From a virus (Duplodnaviria > Caudoviricetes), in IMG/VR virus record IMGVR_UViG_3300012232_000010, positions 1 through 64,000 of that record: a stretch of DNA of 64,000 bases; one strand, 5' to 3'. A model generated the notes under the pieces. That model was given only the letters and a program-made list of their open reading frames with translations, searched no databases and was not told where the DNA came from. Both the position numbers and the translations under genes were made by a program. Position 1 is the first letter of the stretch, and each line of letters opens with the position of its first letter. Shown here in pieces: positions 10,526 to 18,486 of the stretch.

Positions 10526-11505
10526 TACTTTCCTTTCAGAATCAATTGGTATGACCGAATCATATCATCCAATAAAGTTTCAAAAGTGAAATCTGGTTTC
10601 CAGCCCAACGTTGTTCTTACCTTTGTACTGTCACCCTTTAGATACTTCAATTCCTCTGGTCTAAAAAATGCTGGATCAATCTGGACATATACTTCGTAAT
10701 TTAGTCCCAACTTTTCAAATACGTATTTACACATATCTCTTACAGAATGAGTTTCGCCAGTAGAGACAACGAAATCGTCTGGAATATCATGATCCAAAAT
10801 CAATTTCATAGCCTTAACATAATCTAGAGAATGACCCCAATCTCTATAGCTATCCAAATTACCCATTACGAGTTTATCTTTCAGACCCATAGAGATTTCT
10901 ACAGCGGTCTTTACTACTTTAGAAGTTACGAAATTACTTCCTCTTCGTGGAGATTCATGATTAAACAATATTCCGTTGCAAGCGTGTAGTTTATATGCTC
11001 GACGATAATATTTTACTAGATTGAAAGCGAATAGCTTTGTACATCCGTATACCGAAACTGGCTCCATAGGTGTTGTTTCTCTTTGGAAACCATCTTCATC
11101 CACCTTAGTACCGAACATTTCAGAACTACTGGCTTGATAGAACTTTGCTTGTGGGGCAAATCTTCTATACGCTTCAAGCAAATTACCTACGCCCAATGCG
11201 TTTGTCTGTATTGTGTATAGTGGAACGTCTGCACTAATTCTTACGTGAGATTGTGCGGCCAAATTGTATATCTCATCTGGTTGGCAATCCTTTATAACTC
11301 TTTCAATAGAAGAATTATCACTAAGGTCAGCATACGATGTTGTTATTAATCCAGAAAGATGGTCGATTCTGGTTCCTTGACTTTCAGGAACAGAGTTTCT
11401 TCTTACTGTACCAAACACATCATAATTCAAATCAAGAAGATGTTCGGCAAGGTAAGAACCATCCTGTCCAGTTATTCCAAAAATTAACGCTTTTTTTCTA
11501 TCCAT
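10525..11505 (-). CDS. gmd: GDP-mannose 4,6-dehydratase
   Basis: GITGQDGSYLAE, YNLAAQSHV, QASSSEMFG, YGCTK, GILFNHESPRRG, RDWGH. Confidence 0.97.
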   Translation of the reverse strand: MDRKKALIFGITGQDGSYLAEHLLDLNYDVFGTVRRNSVPESQGTRIDHLSGLITTSYADLSDNSSIERVIKDCQPDEIYNLAAQSHVRISADVPLYTIQTNALGVGNLLEAYRRFAPQAKFYQASSSEMFGTKVDEDGFQRETTPMEPVSVYGCTKLFAFNLVKYYRRAYKLHACNGILFNHESPRRGSNFVTSKVVKTAVEISMGLKDKLVMGNLDSYRDWGHSLDYVKAMKLILDHDIPDDFVVSTGETHSVRDMCKYVFEKLGLNYEVYVQIDPAFFRPEELKYLKGDSTKVRTTLGWKPDFTFETLLDDMIRSYQLILKGK

Positions 11506-12556
11506 TATTTTCTATCCTTAAAATTATATTGCAAATCTTTCTAATCTGCCTTTTAGATAAGTTCAGGCTTGAAGGAAGATATACCAACTCGTTTGCGGTT
11601 TGTTCTGCTACCGGAAATTTAGTTTTCGTTTTGTATGGTTTATTTTGATCTATTGATTTGTAATACTTAACCGCTTGTATGTTTTTCTTAGCTAATGCCT
11701 CTATTATCTTATCTGCGTTCTTAGACCTGTACACAACCATCCAAGGCGTTGCGGTAGAGTAAGTTCCGATACCGAATCCGTTGATAAGTATATATTGACT
11801 ATACTCATTACATATCGTCCATCGTTTAGACAATAGTTCGGACACATCCATCAATTGAGATAGAACATAGCTTGCTTGAATATCGTTGTATCTAAAATTT
11901 ACACCTATAGCTTTATGGATTCTATCTGCCCGCCAATTATCACCATGATCCCTTATTTCTGCAAGTTTCTTAGCTAATTTAGGATCATCAGTAATAACAG
12001 CGCCACCTTGCCCACCAGTTATAAGTTTTGGCACACTAAATGAGAAGGTGCCTATAGTCCCTACTTTACCAGCTTCTTTTATACCAATTGATTGACAGGA
12101 ATCTTCTATCATTGGTATACCTTTCTGGTCGCACAAACGCTTTGTTGCCCATAGGTATCCGCCGCTATATCCATTATGGTTAACGAATATAACACAACTT
12201 ACATTCTTGTCCAACTTCTTTTTAAGCTCATAATAGTCCATACAAAGCGTTGATGAGTTTATATCAACAAGCTTAACCTTGTAGCCCATGAAGCGGGCTG
12301 CGTTGGCAGCGGCTAGGAAAGTATAGGCCGGAAACAGGATCGTTGAACCTTGGGGCAAATCTAGGGCTGCTATAGCCATTATAAGAGCCGTGGTCCCACT
12401 AGTTGTTGTTAAACAATGCTTAGCACCAGTTAATTTCTTTATTTCTTCTTCCAGTTGAAGACAGACCACGCCCGGACCAAGATTACCCCTTCTTATGGTT
12501 TTGTAAACCGCCTTAGCATCTTTTCTGCGTTTTAATGGTTCAAATTGACGTATCAT
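11498..12556 (-). CDS. DegT/DnrJ/EryC1/StrS aminotransferase (GDP-perosamine synthase-like)
   Basis: SGTTAL, IEDSCQ, FSFSVPKLITGGQGG (PLP lysine present), G.NFR, LPSS. Confidence 0.9.
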   Translation of the reverse strand: MIRQFEPLKRRKDAKAVYKTIRRGNLGPGVVCLQLEEEIKKLTGAKHCLTTTSGTTALIMAIAALDLPQGSTILFPAYTFLAAANAARFMGYKVKLVDINSSTLCMDYYELKKKLDKNVSCVIFVNHNGYSGGYLWATKRLCDQKGIPMIEDSCQSIGIKEAGKVGTIGTFSFSVPKLITGGQGGAVITDDPKLAKKLAEIRDHGDNWRADRIHKAIGVNFRYNDIQASYVLSQLMDVSELLSKRWTICNEYSQYILINGFGIGTYSTATPWMVVYRSKNADKIIEALAKKNIQAVKYYKSIDQNKPYKTKTKFPVAEQTANELVYLPSSLNLSKRQIRKICNIILRIENNG

Positions 12557-12564
12557 TCAGTATC

Positions 12565-13305
12565 CTATTCGTTACAATATTGATATCTAATTGAGGCTAA
12601 ACTGCAAAGCCTACTATACATTTCTGTTAGATTATACGCTACTTCTTGATTATTATTTGATCTTCGTAAGCCCTTTTCGGGGAAATTATTATCGGTTAAA
12701 TACCCGGTATAGTCCGATAACCTTTTAAGTCCATCCCCCTCAAGTATGTCTTTATAATTTATGAACATCATATTAAGATTCAAGTAATTTTTCAATATAT
12801 AGGTATACATAGAAAGCCATACTTTTTGGAAAAATTCTGAATCAACAACCATTCCTTTTAAATATTGTTGAGTTGCACAATGATGCATCATACTAGACAA
12901 AAATTCTCTAGGGTCTCTGAATACGCAAATAATCTTTGGATCATTGATATATCTTAGCCACACTGGTAGAGTATAAGAAAATCTTGGGTCTTTTAGTAAA
13001 ATAGGATTATTTGAACATACCGACTCAATTCTATCTTCTATATCTTTTGAATCACTCATTATCAAAACGTCTTTATCTAATGAAGTCAACCATCCCTGTT
13101 TCAACCCCCTAGTCGTTTCGACTTCTTTGCAAGACCATAAAAGGTCATCATTGATCCTGTTTACAAAGTTAGCCTCAAAGAAGCCTTTTGGGTTAGCATC
13201 ATTAGCAGGGTGTAGATTGCCGCCTCTATTGAAATTACCCACAAATGATCCAGCTATAGCACTAGTTCCACTTCTTCCCGCACCAAGTATAATAACATTA
13301 TTCAT
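12565..13305 (-). CDS. Sulfotransferase family protein
   Basis: PAPS-binding GAGRSGTS, NPKGFFE, KDPR, FRDP. Confidence 0.8.
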   Translation of the reverse strand: MNNVIILGAGRSGTSAIAGSFVGNFNRGGNLHPANDANPKGFFEANFVNRINDDLLWSCKEVETTRGLKQGWLTSLDKDVLIMSDSKDIEDRIESVCSNNPILLKDPRFSYTLPVWLRYINDPKIICVFRDPREFLSSMMHHCATQQYLKGMVVDSEFFQKVWLSMYTYILKNYLNLNMMFINYKDILEGDGLKRLSDYTGYLTDNNFPEKGLRRSNNNQEVAYNLTEMYSRLCSLASIRYQYCNE

Positions 13306-13552
13306 CGTCTAGCCCCGTATCGCACTCACCATCTTGACAGATGGCCTTATATTCTGTACCACATTCTTTACAAGTTACCATTTCCGGGTGTCCAATCAAC
13401 TCTACTTCTTCAAATTCCGATAGTTCTAATTCTTCTCTCACATCTATCATTTCACTTTCGGACATTTCGGCCACAAGCCCTCTTTCAAAATTATCAGAAC
13501 CGCATTCGTTACATATCCAAAAGAACGCTGGTAATAGTTCAACTTTTGCCAT
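13298..13552 (-). CDS. Acidic zinc-ribbon protein
   Basis: WICNECG ... TCKECG. Confidence 0.6.
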   Translation of the reverse strand: MAKVELLPAFFWICNECGSDNFERGLVAEMSESEMIDVREELELSEFEEVELIGHPEMVTCKECGTEYKAICQDGECDTGLDDE

Positions 13553-13778
13553 TTTTAATTTCCTCTAAAAGTTCTCTTATGATTGTTCTTCCATCTTGAA
13601 GACATAATGCTGCATATGCATCTAATACATGGTTTCTGTTAGTATTTCTTGTTTGTCCTTGATCTATGTGAACCATAATGGTAGAATCAATAAATTGATT
13701 TGATAGCATTTTATTTATTCTTACATAAGGCCAGAATTCTAAATACTTTTCTATTTCTTTTATTCTTTGTTCTGTCAT
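13539..13778 (-). CDS. Hypothetical protein
   Basis: Coupled ORF in operon. Confidence 0.5.
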   Translation of the reverse strand: MTEQRIKEIEKYLEFWPYVRINKMLSNQFIDSTIMVHIDQGQTRNTNRNHVLDAYAALCLQDGRTIIRELLEEIKNGKS

Positions 13779-14593
13779 TATATTATTTCCGGCTTATAAT
13801 CCAAATCGCCTTCGCCCCAATTAGTATTGTTATTCGCCACGATACTTCCGTTGATCTTGCTATTGTAAAGTCTACCCATCGCTTCGTATCTCTTTATATC
13901 TCTTTCATGAGTTTTAAAATGTGGTTTTGGATGCCACAAATGTACTGGACTACAGGCAGAATCAATACGTTGTTTTAATCCGGATTTCATTAATCTATCC
14001 CACATATCAGTATCAACATACCCATAGTATTTGAAATCTTCATCGTAACCATTTAGATTTCTAAAAGATTCTATGGGTGCGCAATGACCGAAGTGCCAAT
14101 AGACGAATTTTTCGGTTATAGGGTATCTATCAGCATTTTTAATTAATCTATCTTTATCTATATTACCACTAAGATACTCATTTGTGTCATGCTCTTTCGC
14201 TAGATATGATGATCCACCACACCTATAGAGTACGCCCTGATTGTCAAAACATCCATCTATGAAATCATTAGTATAGAATATTTCAGGGTCTTTTTGTGCT
14301 ATCATTTTGGATTGAGAATACTTTATGCAAATATTTCGCATAAACGCATCCCCTCTTTCATATTTGTCGATTCTATCTACGGTAAAATAGGCCACATTCT
14401 TGTCGGCAAGATCGGAGAAATCTTCGTGTATAGCATCATTGATGATCAGTATTATCCACTGACTCTTTTCAATACAAGTCGCTGTTAAAGAGTCTATAAC
14501 TTTTCTTATATATCTACCTCTGCCGAAATTAGGAACGAGCAATACCAATTCTCTGTTCGTGATAGACCAATCAAAATCTTTAAAGGTTGTCAT
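13778..14593 (-). CDS. GT2/GT7-C-like glycosyltransferase
   Basis: VPNFGR, INDA, RN..IK, KDPE, NGYDEDFKYYGYVD, HLWH. Confidence 0.8.
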   Translation of the reverse strand: MTTFKDFDWSITNRELVLLVPNFGRGRYIRKVIDSLTATCIEKSQWIILIINDAIHEDFSDLADKNVAYFTVDRIDKYERGDAFMRNICIKYSQSKMIAQKDPEIFYTNDFIDGCFDNQGVLYRCGGSSYLAKEHDTNEYLSGNIDKDRLIKNADRYPITEKFVYWHFGHCAPIESFRNLNGYDEDFKYYGYVDTDMWDRLMKSGLKQRIDSACSPVHLWHPKPHFKTHERDIKRYEAMGRLYNSKINGSIVANNNTNWGEGDLDYKPEII

Positions 14594-15302
14594 ATACAAT
14601 AACTTCCCCATTATAACCTATTATTCTTTCGAAACCATATTTCTTCATAAGAAGCTTTCTATGATCCCGGCATCTATAGTTTGAATAATTAGAATCCCTA
14701 ATTTGTTTATGCCCAACTTTTACCTTCGGACAATGAGCAATCTTGATCTTATTTAATGCCCTCAAGAAGAATGGCGTATGATCTGCTGTTAGAAATTCAT
14801 TATCCCATCCTTCAAAGTTTAGAATCTTCTGTGTTCTACCCATCCAAAACTGAAGAACTATATCGTACAGTTTACACCCGTATTCTTCCCCCTTACTTCT
14901 ATGGGAGTATTTTAACGTCTTATCTTCTATATCGAAACAAGCTTCGTATCTTGTACTCTCTACGTTACCGCCGACCAAATCTATGCTAGAGTTTTCTAAT
15001 ATATCAAACCATGTTTCAAGTCTTGTTTCGCCATTAAATACAAAGTCATCATCTAAACAAACCGTGTACGGAGTTTCAGAAAAGAATAATGCTGTATTTC
15101 TTCCTACGGACGCACCAGTATCGAAATTGTTCCTTATGTAATTTATGTTCATACCGTCATCGTATTTGGGTTTATCCATATCACCATCGTCAACCACTAT
15201 AATAGGTATTTTGGGGTAGAACGTATTTATACTATCTAGTAATGTCAATAGGCATTGTGGCCTATTGAACGTTTTTATTATTAGAGTAACTTTGTCGTTC
15301 AT
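14580..15302 (-). CDS. GT2 family glycosyltransferase
   Basis: IKTFNRP, VVDDG, GRN, LDDDF (DxD). Confidence 0.88.
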   Translation of the reverse strand: MNDKVTLIIKTFNRPQCLLTLLDSINTFYPKIPIIVVDDGDMDKPKYDDGMNINYIRNNFDTGASVGRNTALFFSETPYTVCLDDDFVFNGETRLETWFDILENSSIDLVGGNVESTRYEACFDIEDKTLKYSHRSKGEEYGCKLYDIVLQFWMGRTQKILNFEGWDNEFLTADHTPFFLRALNKIKIAHCPKVKVGHKQIRDSNYSNYRCRDHRKLLMKKYGFERIIGYNGEVIVYDNL

Positions 15303-16447
15303 TTCTTTCTCTTAAAAAGAATAGCAATTCTTTTCTCGTTGCAATAGTCGTCTTCTTCCCTCATCGTGCTAAAGCATGAGTATTGCGGGAATAGTATGTT
15401 ATTCTCAAATCCATTTTCGCCAAATACATCTATCATATGGTCTGCGTCTGGTAGCTTTAATTTATTGTGCTTATCTATATTGCCAAAGAAATCATCAGTT
15501 TTATCTTTGAACACATCTTTCCCAATTTTGGTATCTATTAGTACAGCCTCTGCACTACAATCAATAAGTTTCTGCATTAGGAAATCGTGATCTTCTATAT
15601 GATGAAAAATACCACCACAAATTACGAAATCAAACTTTTTACCAGCCATGTTATTATTCCAAAATTCTGGATCAAGAATGTCGCAATTAATGAATTGATA
15701 TTTATCTTCTGGTAGCAACCCATTAGAACCCCAATACAGTAATCCCTGAAGAACATATTTATTCCTTCCCTCTAACGCCGTTACGCTAGTAGCCCCACGC
15801 TCCACATATTTAGAACCCCAATACGATATGTTCGATCCAACGTCCAATATACTCTTACCTTTGAAATCGTACAGGTTCGCTACTTGGTCAACCAACAATC
15901 TTTCCCTATATCTATTTCTGTCTATCAATTCTTGAGGCGAACGGCTACTACCTATTCCCGGAACAACCGCTGTATCACCTATCTGTAATGGGTAATACCA
16001 AGGATTAAGCATGTCTACGATATTGTTAGTTTTCTTGATTCTCTTTTTTATATCTGTTGATGATACGCCATCGTAATATGGCAGAACAATAACTTTGATA
16101 TCTGGATGTATACCGTTTCTAACACTAGTCAGAAGTTCTTGGTCATGAGATTCGCTTTCGGCTACAATATCGGGATTGATATTGTTTATATTATTTATGG
16201 GAGAGTATGTATCTTGACAAACAACTAGATCAACGCACCCCAAAGATTCTATAACCCTAACACGTTCGTCTAGAGACATGATAGGAGGATTCTTTTTTTC
16301 CATTATAGCCTTATCAGTCAAAACGCCGACAACAAGAATATCTCCTAAAGCCTTGGCGTTCTTTAAGTGAAGCACATGCCCGTAGTGCAATATATCACCG
16401 CACATATAAGCATAAACCGTTACAGGACCGGACGATTTCTTAAACAT
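15299..16447 (-). CDS. Fusion of TagD-like cytidylyltransferase and SAM methyltransferase
   Basis: N-terminal DILHYGH (HxGH), VGVLTD, GVSSTDIK; C-terminal ILDVGSNISY, EGR, GIFHH. Confidence 0.8.
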   Translation of the reverse strand: MFKKSSGPVTVYAYMCGDILHYGHVLHLKNAKALGDILVVGVLTDKAIMEKKNPPIMSLDERVRVIESLGCVDLVVCQDTYSPINNINNINPDIVAESESHDQELLTSVRNGIHPDIKVIVLPYYDGVSSTDIKKRIKKTNNIVDMLNPWYYPLQIGDTAVVPGIGSSRSPQELIDRNRYRERLLVDQVANLYDFKGKSILDVGSNISYWGSKYVERGATSVTALEGRNKYVLQGLLYWGSNGLLPEDKYQFINCDILDPEFWNNNMAGKKFDFVICGGIFHHIEDHDFLMQKLIDCSAEAVLIDTKIGKDVFKDKTDDFFGNIDKHNKLKLPDADHMIDVFGENGFENNILFPQYSCFSTMREEDDYCNEKRIAILFKRKK

Positions 16448-16962
16448 TTTGGATGTTTCCCCCAATGCCAATTAACAACACGCGATTTCCAATCACCATA
16501 CTGTTCTTCTAGATATTTTTCCGTCTGCTCCACGACATTAACCATTATGCCTTTAAACTCAACTTCTTTGAAGCTATTAAAAATGTCTTTAGAATAACAG
16601 TAATATAAAATTCGAGAATCCCAAACTGCGTTCCACACGCAATTCTCACCCTCATAATTAAAGAACCATTCGGTCTTTATGCCGTTTCTAATAAAAGAGA
16701 TTTCCAATCCATCTTTTCTATTGCCGAATATATGAAAAATCTGAAAACATTTATTTTCCATTCCCTCTATTAATTGCTTTTGCTTTTCTTCTGTTAAATC
16801 AGTTATGTTGGCTCCAAGATCAATGTCGGAATCATGAGAGATAAAATCGTTCTCTCTATAATACCCAAGACAAGTGCCACAAGAAAGCCAAGTAAATAGA
16901 CCAATTTTGTTAGCTACTTCGTAAGCATCTTTTAAGTTTTCTGTTGCTGCGTTCTTATCCAT
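16420..16962 (-). CDS. LicD/fukutin family phosphotransferase
   Basis: GTCLGYYRENDFISHDSDIDLG, YLEEQYGDW. Confidence 0.85.
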   Translation of the reverse strand: MDKNAATENLKDAYEVANKIGLFTWLSCGTCLGYYRENDFISHDSDIDLGANITDLTEEKQKQLIEGMENKCFQIFHIFGNRKDGLEISFIRNGIKTEWFFNYEGENCVWNAVWDSRILYYCYSKDIFNSFKEVEFKGIMVNVVEQTEKYLEEQYGDWKSRVVNWHWGKHPKCLRNRPVL

Positions 16963-17725
16963 TACCCCATCCAGTATCCGAATTTGCTACAAGATTTAAA
17001 TCTTGCAAATCCTTCTTATATATACCTTCGTTGTTAATTATTGTTTTATGAAATTTTCTTATTATAGGATGAGCAATATGGTACGTTGTTATATCCTTAT
17101 CTATAACAACTTGTGTCGATTTCTTAAGTCTTTCTAGCATAGACCAATCTTCATATCCATACCCATCCTTATATCTTTCGTCATAACCATTCATATCCTT
17201 AAGTCGTTGAGTTCTTATACAACAACCAGCATGAAAAGCTTGATTCCTTTTATCACTAGCTTCCCATTGTCTCAATATCTGTAACTTGGTAAGATCAATA
17301 AACGGATTATCTATAATACTTTGTGTGTCTGGCTCTATCAACTCTATCATACCACCCGGTCTAAAAACTACATCATCAAGGGACAATACTTTAGATATAA
17401 TATCTCCCTCTATGATAATTTCGGGGTCTTTTGTACACAACCATTTTGATTGACAGTTTTTGATTATATAGTTACGAATCATACAGCCATTACGCTCATT
17501 GGATGACTCTCTCTGGAAGGTAAACCATTTTAGATTATACGATTCTAAATCAGACAAATCTTCATGAATACCATCGTTAACTATCAACCACATCCATTTA
17601 TCATTAGGTATGCTAGTCTTGAACCTTTTTAATGTCGGAATGAGCAAGTGTTTCCGGCCATAGTTCGGAACATAAATTACAAACTCTTTATTTGTGCAAG
17701 ACCAAGAAAAGTCTATATGGTTCAT
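16955..17725 (-). CDS. GT2/GT7-C-like glycosyltransferase, paralog of 13778-14593
   Basis: VPNYGR, VNDG, KDPE, NGYDERYKDGYGYED, HIAH. Confidence 0.8.
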   Translation of the reverse strand: MNHIDFSWSCTNKEFVIYVPNYGRKHLLIPTLKRFKTSIPNDKWMWLIVNDGIHEDLSDLESYNLKWFTFQRESSNERNGCMIRNYIIKNCQSKWLCTKDPEIIIEGDIISKVLSLDDVVFRPGGMIELIEPDTQSIIDNPFIDLTKLQILRQWEASDKRNQAFHAGCCIRTQRLKDMNGYDERYKDGYGYEDWSMLERLKKSTQVVIDKDITTYHIAHPIIRKFHKTIINNEGIYKKDLQDLNLVANSDTGWGNG

Positions 17726-17728
17726 GTG

Positions 17729-18121
17729 TTAATCCAATACTATTGTTCGGCGTTTGGTTTGTCTTTCTATCTCTGTCTTTATGTCTGGTTTGATGTAGCT
17801 TTCGCCCTTAATTTGTTTTCTGCAATTACTACCAGAATAATCTTTGGTCATATTAGCTCTGTGTATTTCTTCAAATACTGGTTCTATATCAATACCCATA
17901 CTACAGCACGTACCCAATATTACATAAAGCATATCGCCAAGAGCGTCAGCTACTTCTACAATATCTTTATCGGCTAGAGCGTCTTTTAACTCCTGATTTT
18001 CTTCATCTAGTAGCTTTTGTCTAAATTCATTAAGTCCATCAGAAGTCAAAGTCGGTATATCATTTATTGTATGCTTGTATTTAACTTGGAAATCATGGAC
18101 CATTTGTTGCATCTTATTCAT
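17729..18121 (-). CDS. MazG-like all-alpha NTP pyrophosphohydrolase
   Basis: EENQEL, DALGDMLYV, FEEIHRANMTK, KG..Y.KPD. Confidence 0.85.
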   Translation of the reverse strand: MNKMQQMVHDFQVKYKHTINDIPTLTSDGLNEFRQKLLDEENQELKDALADKDIVEVADALGDMLYVILGTCCSMGIDIEPVFEEIHRANMTKDYSGSNCRKQIKGESYIKPDIKTEIERQTKRRTIVLD

Positions 18122-18486
18122 ATAATAACCTTTCTAGTCAATTTTTCTTTAGGTTCTGGTTTGTGTTCTGGCTTAGAATCCTTTTTGTATTCTATATTTT
18201 GAGGATGTGGCCATATAGAACCAGAACAAGCTACTGGTGAATTGTAACCATATGTTTGTGGCATAATCTTTTCTATTTTTATTATGTATTTGGACATATC
18301 TTTATAAAAATCGGAATCTTTAGCTATGTGAAAGCTGCCACTTTCATGACATTTTTTGAATTCCATTATATCATTAATATCATAAACCTTCATAGTTATG
18401 ATTTCAGCATTATCTTCAAGTGTAACGATAAGGTCTAATGGGTCTTTAGATTGACAATAATATTGCATAGATGTTATATACATCAT
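18118..18486 (-). CDS. Hypothetical protein with C-terminal RKVII tail
   Basis: Coupled ORF. Confidence 0.5.
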   Translation of the reverse strand: MMYITSMQYYCQSKDPLDLIVTLEDNAEIITMKVYDINDIMEFKKCHESGSFHIAKDSDFYKDMSKYIIKIEKIMPQTYGYNSPVACSGSIWPHPQNIEYKKDSKPEHKPEPKEKLTRKVII

